Source: Sphyrna mokarran
Lineage: Eukaryota
NCBI GenBank assembly: GCA_024679065.1
Contig: JAGIQG010000007.1
Coordinates: 104,346,001-104,410,000 of the forward strand
DNA: 64,000 nt
Reading direction: 5' to 3'
The translations under genes were made by a program, and so were the position numbers. Positions 39,031 through 52,657 of the stretch are shown piece after piece (within the stretch, counting starts at the first letter, position 1; every line of letters starts with the position of its first letter). The notes below the pieces were generated by a model that ran no database searches, had not been told where the DNA came from, and was given only the letters and a program-made list of their open reading frames with translations.

Positions 39031-41289
39031 TCCACTCTGCCCTACCTAACCTCTTTGGATAGACATAAAAAAATCCCCTGCCAATATTTTAAAGGCATCA
39101 GTTGTTCTCTGTAATACTCTGTCACTTTTTTTAAAATTTCCATGAATGTCATAAAATAGATTATTTAGACATAATCACGTTTCTGCTTGTGAAGCTCTGC
39201 TATATACAAATCAACTACCCACTGACTCCGCTTGCAAAAATAATTATTTGTCTCTGGATTGCTTCCTTCCTTATTTTTGTGCTTGTTTTATGCCATCAGG
39301 ATAAGCTTCTCCTTCTACGTTTTTCATGCCCACATTGACCCTTGATTAATTTTCTCATGGTAGCCCACAGGGGTCAGCAACATGCGATCACGAAAATGAG
39401 ATATTCTCTGATACTCTCGAGACATTCCCTAATTGTGCAATCCATAGTTAAATTGATGAACATGTGTATCTGTTCAGTGGTTAATTAGTTGCTTGTGAAA
39501 TGTGTAAGTATTATGATTGCAAATTGGTATTTTCTATTGCCAAGTCAGATTTTCAGATATTACATATTTCATTAACACAGTGTTCCTGTTATTTCTTTCA
39601 TGCTTTGTTAATCGTAGGAACAACAATGATGAGTGCTTTTATTTTTATCCCTGTAGGTGTTTCTAGGCATCAAGTTGTCAAGTCTGAAATCTTGAAGCAT
39701 GTTGTCCCTATTGGTAACCGTGAAGCATTGAACTGAAAAATGCACATACTATTTTCAAACATATTAGAAGTATATTGATGGTAGCTTACAGTATTAGTCA
39801 GAGAATCCTGGAGTCTGTTCACATTAAACACCTTCATAATTTTTTTTTGCTTATAGACTTCTATTTCTCCCCAAATCTTGGCTTGAAAATGACATTTTTG
39901 TCCAGAGCTATGAATTCCTGAGCTGTATTTCAGAACAGGGTCACTGGAGTCGGAACATAAGTAAGAAATGGAGGGGTGAATGAATGAGTGAGGAAAAAAC
40001 ACAAAGGCAAGTGAGAAAGAAAGAGACAGTTTGTGCTTTCACCATTTAGTATTATTTCAATCTTCAAAAAAAATTGAGATAATATCATTTGGGAACCCAC
40101 AACCTGTGGAACATCTTACTTCACCTTTTTGCCATTGAAATCAAAAAGAAGGATATAACATAGGCTATTTTAACATATTTGCATATTCTGTGGTAGGGTG
40201 GGCCTGATGGTGCATATCCTGCCATCATTCATTGGCAGCATATTTAAAAGGGTCCAAAATCAGTGACCCATTGTTAAATGGAAAGGATGAATTTCTGGAA
40301 GAAAGTAGTTGGATCTCCTCAAACACTCTGAAGCTAGAAGATGAGTTGTCTTGAAAACACTGAAGCTGGAGCATCTGCCTGATAGATACTCTCCTAAGCC
40401 AATGCTGCAGTGTTCCAGGATCCAGATCACTGAGCGCCTCCATCTAGCACTTCAGAGGTAACCCCAGAGCCTTTACAATTAAGTCCTGACTTTTGTGAAT
40501 TACCTCAATTCAGATGTATTCTGAGCCAGTGTGTGTTTTCCCACTGACATGACAGAATATTAAGCAGGGGGCAGGTGCTGGGGGGTAACATTCTGGTTGA
40601 ACCTTCATCTGTATCTGCATCATATCAATGAGATGTAAATTGGTTTCATACCATCACCCGGTGGGGTACTCAACCTGCCATGGACAATATCAGAAAATCT
40701 CGCTGTAACTTCATGCCAATGTGAAACCAATTTTTGGGCCTCCCACCAAATTCCCTCACCTCCTGCCTCTATCCATGATTGATACCATGAGAGGGAAAGC
40801 TCTGTCTAGGGAGAGGGAAACGCAGAATAGAGAAAAACACAGTCTGTTTCATTTCTCATTCTAATTTATTTTCTTGTATTGATTTCCATTCTGTGTTCAT
40901 GCTTTTGTTTGCCAGTCTCATTTGCCTCTTTATTTCTCCTCTTAACCTAACACACTCAACCTGCTTCTCTCTTGAAGAACTCACCTGACATGTATCAAAC
41001 ATCCCACTTTATTTGTTTCATGACAATCTTCATCTCCCTTGCTCGCTCGGCATAAGTTCAGAAGTTAGTGCCTCTTTCCTCACTACACTACATCTTACTG
41101 TTATAGATTGATTGATTTACTATTGTCACATATATTGGGATACATTGAAAAGTATTGTTTCCAGTGAGCTACACAGAAAAAACATATTGTTCATAGAGTA
41201 CATAGAGGAAAAAGAAAGGAAATAGTACAGAATATAGTGTTTCAGTTACCAATAGGGCAAAATAATGCTGGTTTAAACAATTAACATTT

Positions 41290-41590
41290 AAAGTTTTTGA
41301 AGTTTATGTATTAGTGTCACAAATAGGCTTACAATAACACTGTAATGAAATTACTATGAAAATCTCTAGTTGGCATATTCTGGCATCTGTTCGGGTACAC
41401 TGAGGGAGAATTTATCATGGCTAATGTACCTAACTTGCACATATTTGAACAATGGCAGGAAACCGGAGCACCCAGAGGAAACCCACGCAAACACGGAGAG
41501 AACATGCAAACTCTCCACAGTGATTCAAACTAGGAATTGAACCTGGGTCCCTGACACTGTGAGGAAGCAGTGCTAACCACTATGCTGCCA
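41290..41590 (-). mobile_element. V-SINE, alternative-tail subfamily
   Basis: Reverse complement of the 17988-18262 architecture. Confidence 0.75.
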
Positions 41591-42074
41591 ATTTGCATTT
41601 ATGCTGTGGGTATTATAAATAAGATATATGTTTATGTTTAATTTGGCTTTTGTTCTTGTGTGCTAAGGAAGGTAAACACGTCAGTTAGCTTCATGTTAAA
41701 CAAAGGTGCCTGTATGTCTATGGGTTCTAATTTCATTTTATACAGTGTCCGTTTTGTAAACAAATGTTTACAATATGAAAGTAGTTACAGGGATAAAATA
41801 AATTAAGCCATTTCTTAGTAACGAGAGATCCACTCCAAAGAGTACTTGGATATAGTTGGAACCAGGTTTCTGAGAATAAAGTAGCTGTTGCTGAATCTGT
41901 CACCACTGGCAAGGCAATGGGGTAAGGGGCAGAAAGCAGGTCTCAGAAACTAAAGAATAGATAGCTCCTGAACCCAGGGAATAAAAGAGAAATCCCAGGA
42001 AGAATGAAGACAAAGGGACAAAGAACTGCAACCCGCAGTTGGAATCCTCCTCCTGTGCTCTGTTTTCCCTGGCT

Positions 42075-43560
42075 GCCTTGTTATGCTCCCCAGTAAATTT
42101 CCCTTCCTTTCAGTACATTAGGAATGCAATTGTCAAGTCAATTCTGAGAATTTGGATGCAATTTAGACACCACTTTGACTTTCAGGCTTGATCGCTGGCC
42201 TCCCCAGTATCGGCTAAACGTTTCTTTCCTCCCACTGTTTTGGATGGTGCCTTCAACATATGGGCCAAGCACGGGATCAGAACATTCCGGGACGTATATG
42301 TGAACAGCACATTTGCGTCATTCCAGCAAGTAGTAGGTAAGTTTGCTTTACTTCCAACACACCTTTTCAGATATTTGTAAGTTCAAGACTTTGTGCAGAG
42401 GGCCGACACCCAATTTCCAACGCTCCCATCTCATGCCTCCATTGACATCTTCTTAATGCCTTCTATTATTATGCGTGGTATCATTTCTGTTCTTTATTCT
42501 CAAATTCAGTCATAACAGAACTCTCTATCGGTGGTTAAATCTTTATGGGAATGGGGAGGAGTTCTCAAAAGAGGATTGAGACAGGGTGCTGCATCGAGTA
42601 CACTCCTCCTCAATGTGTGCCAAGCTGGGTGTGATATAATGAAAGCTCCTTCACAGAGCATATCTAACTAGGGTCTGACTCTCTGGAATATAACCTGGAA
42701 CAAGCCTCATTTGCAAATATGCTGGCAAGTTCTGCCACTGTCTTACATATGTTCTGGGCTTGCTTATCACGGTATAACTACTGGACATCAATATTTGAGA
42801 TGATTGTGGCAATGCTAGATTGGGAGATACGTGCCAAACTGTCCTGATGGTGTTGTGCCTGTAAGTCCGCTACAACTGAAATTCCAAGTGGATTTCGCTA
42901 CACTCCTGGCAATATGACTAAATCTGTTTCAGTGGAAACCACATGCATCCTAATGCAGTCACAGTGGGTGAAGGAGGTGGTAGATATCATTAAACTGGAG
43001 AAGATGAGTTGCCCACTACATGAATCCACTGTTAAGTTCTATAAGACCTGGCAATCATTTATAGTGCATGTTGGGACACTGCAGTTGGAGTTGGGTGAGT
43101 GGATACCCAATGGCCCTAGGAGGTTTCCATAAAATCAACCGCCCTCCTCCCGGCAGTTGGTGGACGTGCTCTGTCCTGAATACACTCGCCCATCCTGCCG
43201 AGGTGTGGGGACCAACACGAGAACTTTTCTCTCTTCCCTCTCACTCTCTCTCCTCGATCTTCTTTGTTGTCTCTTTTCCCTTTCGCTGTTTGCTAATTTA
43301 CAGCCTGAGCTATTTGGCAGTCAGTTGGTTCTCCCGCAGTGTTCCTCTGCCTTTGTGTTTTTAAATTATCACCATCAGTACCAGTGCAATTGGATGGGAC
43401 TTGGGCCGTGTGGGTGCCAGGGGTACTAAGAGTTTGTCGGCTGGTCACGGAAAGCCTTGAGTCCAGTCGCATTGGAATATACACGTGAGCACTGCATGGA
43501 TCTGTATCTGTACTTACTGCGTAAAATATAAGAAAATTTTCAATAAACAGAAAAAAAGTG
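42075..43560 (+). mobile_element. L1-clade LINE 3' fragment (ORF2 C-terminus, 3' UTR, polyA)
   Basis: Decayed FPPTVLDGAFNIWAKHGIRTFRDVY..HLFRYL and C..C...HMFWAC zinc-knuckle region; ends aataaacagaaaaaaa. Confidence 0.7.
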
Positions 43561-45631
43561 CAACCTAAACAAGTTGCCGTTTATTGAAGTTAATAATGGC
43601 TGCCCTATAGCTTTGTTCATCTGTGCATTGAAATAAAAAAATAAAATTTACAACCTTGTGAACCAGAGTTCCACTCCGTGATCTGACTGTCCAGTCGTAA
43701 CCTCAGCTCGGATCAAAACAATACCATTCAGCACCTCCCACCCAGAAAGGAAAGCAAAGAAGTGAAAGACAGAGTGAAGGAAGCAGAAAAGATCTGAGAA
43801 AAAGTCAGAAGAATAGGGCTGGGGGGACAGAATGACCAAGATAATGACAGAAACCGGAAAGTAGAGAGTCCCCAAAACAAAGACTTATGAAGGAATTTTT
43901 CTACCGTGACATGCTTGGCAGTGGTGGGAGGTGGCACATTGCTTGCTGGCGATGGGATCTTATGGTCATGCTGTTGTCAATAAGGTTTCCTAATGAATAC
44001 ACCCTTGCCACCAGGAAACATGCCACAGAGGTGTGTTGTTAGTGGGAGTGTAAGATCCTGCTGGTGAGAATGGAAGCAAAATTTCAGTGTTAGAGGTGAA
44101 GATTATTGCAAATGAACAAGAGAGTAACTGATATATTCTCAAAATTGAATGGCCTATTACTTTCCACCACTTCCTCAGAACTTTCCGATATAAATTTTGT
44201 CTAATTGTCTATTATATTGGAGATTGCCCATTATGTAAATGATTCTCCAAAGATTTGTTTTTTTGCATTTAGACCATCACTTCTTTGTCACACTGTATAA
44301 TTGCTTGTCACTCTATGGTCTAGGTATTAGCTGGTCTTCCAGTAATTCTGCCCTCTCAAAGTTCTCTGTGGTAGATGTATTGGTTAAAAAAAAACAGATT
44401 GAGTTTTGAGTGTTTTTTATATCATATTTCTTATTGGAGCCTGAAAATTTTGAATTTTGTTTCTAATTTTGGCATCGTATTCCCCAGTAGTTGATTTTCA
44501 AACTTCCCATGTTCATTGCAAAGCAAGCTCTCCAGTTTCCTTTTTCCTGCTCACTTGACTCTCAGTTTCTCTTTGTCGGCTGCTCAATAGGTCAGTATGT
44601 AACTCAGCAATCAACTCCCATTGAATGTGGAATTGTCTTTAGAAAATAGGGCCCAATGCTCCAGAGAGTTATCTATCATGACCAATGGTGACTTAATCCC
44701 CTGATCCAGTTCTTCCACCCGCAACCAGGTCCCCCTGTGTGATCAATTTAGTGCTGGTGTCAAACACATATTGATTGATCTAACTCAAAAGGGGGCAATT
44801 CTTCCAGCCTACTATCCTCTTCTAGCAGTGCAATGGGCTGGGAGACATCAGCGAAGACAGTTTTACGGGCTTCCGCTGGGCAGCACAGCCTCCACATGTG
44901 AGCGATCAAGGGACAAGGGGGGAAAGCAGGATCAGTACTTTGAACTCGACGATCAGCAAGCTTGAATAGCTGAATGGCCTACTCCTGCTCCTAGTTTCTA
45001 CATTTCAATGTTTCTATGAAATGAAAGACCCAGAAGCCACTTGTTTGGCACCAGCTTATGTGCCGTCATAGCTCCTGAGATGGCTTTTTGTGGGACTCAG
45101 ATAAAGACATATGTTACTCCTGACTTCTCAGGTCTAATTTAGGATTGGATTATTTGAATCCTGTTAGTGTGTTGGAGAGTGTGTGGTACATGTTCTGTCT
45201 CCCAAAATGACAAACGTATGTGTAAGGGGTTTCATTTTTAAGTCAAAAGGAATTATTAACTGGGACAGAAACTGAAAGGTCAGTTTGACTGCTTAGTTAT
45301 AGATTTTGTTAAAACTGGCTGGTGCATTGGCATTATTCAGTCTAGGTTGGCTACACCTGAATCACTGTCAATTCAAATTCTGAAACCAAAACACATGAAG
45401 GATGTGAAAAATTCAAAAATAAAACATTGCAGTTTTTTCTTTGTAGGAAGCATTTATTATTCAAGCTGATAAGTTTAGATTATTGCTGATTGTGTCAGTA
45501 GAAGACATAAGGGCAAAATTTACTCATCCCGCCTGTCGTGGGAATCATAGCAGAACCATAATCATCCATTGACCCCAGCAGAGATTTTCTGGTTTTGGAG
45601 CAAACACAGCTGAAAATTGCTACCCACTTTG

Positions 45632-45990
45632 TTTTGATTTGATTTATTATTGTTACATGCATTAGTATACAGTGAAAAGTATTGTTTCTTGCACACTATA
45701 CAGATAAAGCATGTCATTCATAGAGAAGGAAAGGAGTGCAGAATATATTATTACAGTCATAGCTAGGGCGTAGAGAAAGAGCAACTTAATGTAAGGTAAG
45801 TCCGTTCAGAAGTCTGGCAGCAGCAGGGAAGAAGCTGTTCTTGAGTCAGTTGGTATGTGGATAAAAGAGAGAATGTCTGGGGTGCATGGGATCCTTAATT
45901 ATGCTAGCTGCTTTGCTGAGGCAGCGGGAAGAGTAAACAGAGTCAATGGATGGGAGGCTGATTTGCATGATCAATTGGGCTACATTCACT
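45632..45990 (-). mobile_element. Rex1/Babar-like LINE 3' fragment
   Basis: Same tail and coding remnant as 38352-39030. Confidence 0.6.
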
Positions 45991-47389
45991 GCATGCTGCA
46001 CTGACACTGGTATAAATTATATCGAATGTTTCAAGGAAGGTGGGGTATTTGAAAAAGGAATTTTATGACTGTCTAGGCTTTGCTAAACACTTGACCAGTG
46101 ACAGCAGCTCAGATCAAGCTGGTAGATCAGAAATCAACATCAGAATGTGGATTTGTACAAGTCAATGCAGTCATAAAGTGAATTAGATTTAAGAAAGGGT
46201 GCTTCTTACATGGATGTCAGAACAGCAAAAGCTGTTCCACAGAGGAGGGAGTTAGGGAGATGAAGACCAGATGGTATCTTTCTCTTTTTTTTTTAGCAAA
46301 TTTCTCCTGATTTATGGTGTAGTTTTCTATTAATTTTCTATTAATGCAGAGGCATTGACTTCACTGAAGCTGGATTTAACAGATCTTTGTGAACATTGAA
46401 CAAGTGTTAGTTAGGCCTACAATCGGTAGCCAAGGCCTGTGAGGAATCATTCCCCATTCTTGTTCAGGTTCAAGCAATGAAAGATTGGACAATGGCAGCA
46501 AGTAGAAATGGGAGTGCTTGCTTGATGCTATGTTAATTGTCACAGTCTAGAAGTTAATTGACAAAGTTGACTGCCTTGTGATTCATGAATGTGTACCATT
46601 GTGAGCAAGAGCATGCAGCTGTAGACAAAAATAAGGACCCTCTTCAGCAATTTCTGTGAAGAGTGGGAACAATACTGTTGAAGTTAAAACAAGGTTTACT
46701 CTATCATACAAGTCTATATTTGTATGGGCTTTCGTTTGTTATATTTTATGTATTTGCCGGTTTGCTTTATACCAGAGATATCTGAATTATTTCAATGCAA
46801 TGCAGAGATGAGAACAGGTATACTGCGCTCATAAATATCTCAGAATGTACAGGATTATCTGCTGATATGTCGAAGTTCCCAGATCTTTCCAGAACTATCT
46901 CTCCGATATCACTTATTTCTCCAATTCTACCCACAATCTTAAGAAATCAAGTGCAGTTAACATAGATCAGATAACCAATCAACACAATCAGACCCAGAAC
47001 AATCAAACCATTGAACACTTCATCTTTCCCTCCTTTTAATTAAAGACATTATTTTCAATTAAATTATTTTAAATATTGGATACAGATATATATTAAGCAA
47101 TTTTTTAGGATTCAACTTGTCTGTTTGTTCTAAATAAAAAAAAATGATCTTTCAGATACAAAGACCTCTTCAAACTGTGATCAGGCCTCAAAATTGGTAT
47201 TTCTTCGTGATCAACTTTAGGAGATGAATATCAACATCATTCACTATAAAAGGAAATGTATGCTCATAATCTCAGTCCCCAAAATATCCCACTTTGTTCA
47301 CTATCAAGCACTTCATTTTCCACTAGGTGCAGTCATTCAACAGGTAAACATTGGGACTAAGCCAATGATTCTACCATACAAGTCCATAG

Positions 47390-50300
47390 TCCGAGGGACA
47401 GGACTGGCAGCTTAACGTTCCTGGGTACAGATGCTATAGGAAAGATGGAACAGGAGATAAGGGAGGTGGGGGAGTTGTACTTTTGATTAGGGAAAGCATC
47501 ACTGCCGTACTGAGAGGGGATATGTCCGAGGGTTCGGCCACTGTGTCTATACGGGTAGAACTGAAAAAAAAGAAGGTGGAACTCACTTTGATAGACTTGT
47601 TCTTTAGGCCCCAAAGTCAGCGGGAAGTTGAGGAGCAAATATCTAAGGCAATTACAGTTTGCTCCAAGAAAAATACTGTCGTATTAGTCGGAGATTTAAA
47701 TTTTTCCAACGTTGATTGGGACAGCCATAATATTAGAGGGTTGGATGGAGAGAAATTTGTTGAGTGTATTCAGGAGGAATTTCTCAATCAGTATGTGGAT
47801 GGCTTGACTAGAGAGGGGGCAGAACTTGACCTCCTCTTGGGAAATAAGGAAGGACAAGTGACAGAAGTATTAGTGAGGGATTACTTTGGGACCAGTGACC
47901 ATAATTCTATTAGTTTTAAGATAGCTACGGAGAATGATAGGTCTGTCCCAAAAGTTAAAATTCTAAATGTGGGCAAGGCCAATTTTGATCATATCAGGCA
48001 GGAACTTTCAAAAGTTAATTGGGGGAGTCTGTGGGAAGAAAAAGGGACATCTGGTAAGTGGCATGCTTTCAAAAGTGTGTTATCCAGGGTTCATAGTAAA
48101 CACATTCCTCTTGGAGTGAAGGGCAAGGTGGCAGAACAAAGAACAAAGATCAAAACAGCACAGGAAACAGGCCCTTCGGCCCAACGAGCCTGCGCCGCCA
48201 CCTCGATGTTCCCACTTCTACCTATGATCCCTATCTATGTTTATAGATCTATGCATTCGATCCAAATTTGAGACAATTTAGGGAGAATTTGTTCTGCCAA
48301 TCAGCCTAAGAGCACATCTTTGGGATGTGGGAGGAAATCGGAGCACCCGGAGAAAACCCACGCAAGCACGGGGAGAATGCACAAACTCCCATAGACAAAG
48401 GCCCAAATCCATGTATCTGCACAGCACAGCGATAGTCACTGAGTTGTCTTGTTGCCCATTAAATGGTCCAGGTCAAGCGTACACTAACGACGTGAAGCAC
48501 TTGGATGCTCTTGAAAAACAAAATCCAAGAGCAGCGCTCCCACGACCCATCGCGTGTATGCCCCTTGTTAGACAACAAGGTGGACCAAAGTATCTGTAGG
48601 ATAAAAACAAGTCGGGAACTCTGGATGACTCAGGATATTGAGGCCCTGATCAAAAAGAAGAAAAAGACACATGACATGCATAGGAAGCTGGGATCAAGTG
48701 AATTTCTTGAAGAGAATAGGGGTGTAGGAGGAGAGTTAAGAGAAGAATCAGGGGGGCAAAAAGGGGATCATGAAATTGTTTTGGCAGATAAGGAAAAGGA
48801 GAATCCAAAGATCTTCTACAAATACATAAAGGGCAATAGCGTAACAAGGGAGAGGGTAGGGCCACATAATGATCAACAAGATCATCTATGTGCAGATCTA
48901 TGAGAGATGGGTGAAATCCTAAATGAATATTTCTCATCAATGTTTACTATTGAGAAAAGCATGTATGTTAGGGAACTTGGGAAAATAAATAGTGATATCT
49001 TGAGAGGCGTACATATTACAGAAAAGGAGGTGCTGGAAATCTTAAAGCACATCAAAGTAGATAAATACCTGGGAATTGATGAAATATAATCCCAAGACGT
49101 CATGGGAGGCTAGGGGGGAAATTGCGCATCGCCTAGCCAAGATATTTGAATCATCAAGAGTCATGGGTGAGGTGCCTGAAGATGGGAGATTGGCAAATGT
49201 TGTACCTTTGTTTAAAAAGGGCTGCAGAAAAAAGCCTTGGAACTACAGGCCAATAAGCCTCACATCTGTAGTGGGTAAATTGTTAGAAGGTGTTTTGACA
49301 GACAGAATCTACAGACATTTAGAAATGCAAGGACTGATGAGGGACAGTCAGCATGGTTTTGTGAATGGAAAATCATGTCTCAAAAGTTGACAGTTTTTTG
49401 GAGAGGTAGCCAAGAAGGTAGATGAGGGCAGTGTTGTTGATGTTACCTACATGGACTTTAGCAAGGCCTTTGACAAGATACCACATGGTAGGTTGTTGCA
49501 TAAAGTTAAATCTCACAGGATCCAGGATAAAGTATCTAAATGGATACAAAATTGGCTTCTTGATTGAAAGAGGTGGATGTAGAGGGTTGTTTTTTAAATT
49601 GGAGGCCTGTGACCAGCAGTGTGCGTCAGGAATCAGTACTGGGCCCTCTCTTATTTGTCATTTACATTAACGATTTGGATGAGAATATAGGGGCATGGTT
49701 AGTAAGTTTGCAGATAACACCAAGATTAGTGGACAGTGAAGGAAGTTACTTCTAATTACAACAGGATCTTGATCAAGTGGGTCAGTGGGCTGTCAAATGG
49801 CAGATAGAGGTTAATTTAGACAAATGTGATGTGATGCATTTTGGTAGATTGAATCAGGGTAGGACTTACCCAGTTAATGGTAGAGCATTGGGGAGAATTA
49901 CAGAACAAAGAGAACTAGATCTACAATGGGTAGCCATGGCCTGTGAGGAATCATTCCCCATTCTTGTTCAGGTTCAAGCAATGAAAGATTGGATAATGGC
50001 AGCAAGTAGAAATGGGGAGTGATTGTTTGATGTTACGTTGATGGTCACAGTCTCAAAGTTAAATGAATTGAATGCCTTAGAGTCACAGGTGGACACATTG
50101 ATGAAGAAGGCATTCAACATGCTCGGTTTCATCGGTCAGAAGATTGAATACAAAAGTTGAAACGTCTTGTTGAAGTTTTACAAGTCGTCAGTAAGGCCAC
50201 ACTTGGAATACTGTGTGCTATTCTGGTCATCCCATTATAAAAAGGAAAGAGAGCAGAAAAGATTTACTCGGACTCTACCAGGACTTGATGGATTGAGTTA

Positions 50301-50727
50301 AAAGGAGAGACTGAATAGACTGGGACATTTTTCTCTGAAGTTCAGGGGGCTGACGGGTGACCTTACAGAGGTCTATAAAATAATGTGGAGCATAGAAAGG
50401 TAGATAGTCAATAACTTTTCTCAAAGGTAGGGGAGACTAAAACTGGAAGGTATTGGTTTAAGGTGAGAGAGAAGAGATACAAAAGTGTTCAGGGGGCAAT
50501 TTTTTTCACACAGAGGCTGCTGAGTGTCTACAACAAGCTGCCAGAAGTAGTAATAGATGCAGGTACAATTTTATTTTTTAAAAAGCATTTAGATAATTAT
50601 ATGGGTATGAAAGGTATAGAGGATATGGGCCAAATACGGGAAATTGGGATCAGCTTAGGGGTTTTGAAAAAAAAGGGTGGGATGGACAAGTTGGGCCAGA
50701 GGGTCTGTTTCATGCTGTAAACCTCTA
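47390..50727 (+). mobile_element. 5'-truncated CR1 LINE (ORF2 APE-RT, decayed) with two internal insertions
   Basis: VVLVGDLNF, LDLLLGN, SDHNSI (APE); [36 protein letters not shown] (RT); CR1 tail; interrupted at 48134-48609 and 49921-50078. Confidence 0.9.
48134..48609 (-). mobile_element. SINE-like retroposon: unidentified head, V domain, CR1 tail (copy 1)
   Basis: Aligns along its length with 53777-53797 plus 57163-57594; no tRNA head. Confidence 0.75.
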
Positions 50728-51039
50728 CAATTTTGTGGTTGCAATTTGGCCATTTGATTTGCACTGAATCTCTTACCTTAACTCATGGGTGCTTTATGTA
50801 TTTTTGTCAAAATATGTTTTTAATTTTATTTTGTTGCTTTGAGATTCATCTGCTTTTGCTCTGATATTCTCATTAACTGATGGCTTAAGAATGGTCAGGC
50901 ACATGCAAAAGCCAGGTCATATCATAGGTATGGCTGGCGTCTTTCCATTCAGAAAGTGTCAGATGTATCAATACCTGTGAAGTTGGATGTCAAACACTTG
51001 TCTGAATATTTTCCCCTCTAATGTACTAGCTCTCAGGCT

Positions 51040-51600
51040 ATTATACAACCACAGAAATATTATGACACAGAAAAGCATTAGATGTCCCAGTGTGGCTGTG
51101 CCAGTCGAAAAACGGACCACCCAACCTAATCCCACTTTTCAGCGTTTAGTCCATAGCCCTGCAGGTTATGACACTTCAAGAATATTTTCAGACATTTTTG
51201 GAATTAGTTCAGGTTTTCTGCCCCAAGAAAACTTTCAGACAATGTGTTCCAGACCCCTACTATCTTCTAAATGAAAAATAATTCCTCACCTTCCCTCTAA
51301 TCTTTCTAACAATCACTTTAGACTATTTATATTAGACCTCTCCACTAATGTAAATAGGGCCTTTGCAGCCCTTCTATTCAGGCCCATCATGACTCAATCA
51401 ATTCTCTCCTCAGCCTCCTCAGTTCAAAGAAGTGAAATCCCAGCCTACCCAATCTTTCCTCGTAGTTGCAATTTTCCTTATTGGCAACATTCTTGTAAAG
51501 TTTCTCTGTACCCTTTCTAACGTCATTGCATCCTGGTAATGGAATGGCCAAAACTGCACACCATACTCAAATGGTGACCTAACTGATGATTCATACAGTT
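51040..51600 (-). mobile_element. Degenerate CR1 3' fragment
   Basis: Reverse of EY.VQFW and RLRG.LI remnants (aaactgcacaccatactc; ctcagcctcctc). Confidence 0.55.
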
Positions 51601-52657
51601 ATACAGTCCCTTATCACCCCGTTGAATCATTCAACATCACCATTTGATTGCGGGTTGCAGTGCAGTGTCAAATAGTGACAAATTGTGTGACTTGCCAAGA
51701 ACTTTGTAAATAGACAGGAAACAAACTGTCCATAGTAATAACCTACGGCAAACTCCATCTCATAAAGAACTTGTCTGGAATCAATGACCTAAGTGATGGT
51801 TATGGACTTTGTTGCAGTGAACTTGATTATTTGTTATACAGAGCATGAATATCAATTAGGAAATGTTGATTCCCAAAGGCTGCTTGTATTTCTCCAAAAA
51901 AGAATCCACTTGACTTGTTACTGTCATTTTGTTGGTCATGTGGTTAATTGTAGAGGTGCAGGACATGATTTGACTGATTTCTCACTGAGTATACAAGCTA
52001 AGCGGTTTTTAATGAATTCTTCTGTGCAATGATGTATTGTTGGTCAAGAGGTTGTTTGGCAGAATTATTATTCTGTCTTAGCAACATCAAATGTTCTTCA
52101 TGTCTAAGATGCAATAAATATTTCCGTAGGGCTTTTTTGCTTGAGTTCCTTCATCACGAACCAATGTGTGTTCATTGAGTACTCTGTGTTTTCAGAATTA
52201 ATCCTTCCCCTATTTCATGAGGCCTTTTAGTTTTTAGACATTGGCATATTTTCTGCGGTACACTGTCCGTCATCGATTCTGGTCCAACTTCTTTATTTTG
52301 TTTCCAACCTCTCTTGTGTAACAGGGCTTGCATTTGTGTGTATATTCACTATAATCATGTAATTTTCAACATATGGCATGCTTGCCTTTATAGGTCAGGG
52401 CATTGAGTACAAGAGTCAGGATGTGAAATTAGGATTTTAGAATCACAGAACCATAGAACCCTACAGTGCAGAAAGGGGCCCTTTGGCCCATTAGACTGCA
52501 CCGAACACAATCCTACCAGGCCCTACCCCCATATCCCTGCACATTATACCCACTAATCCCTCTAACCTACGCATCCCCGGACACTAAGGGGCAATTTTTT
52601 AGCATGGCCAATCAACCTAATCCGCACATCTTTGGACTGTGGGAGGAAACCGGAGCA

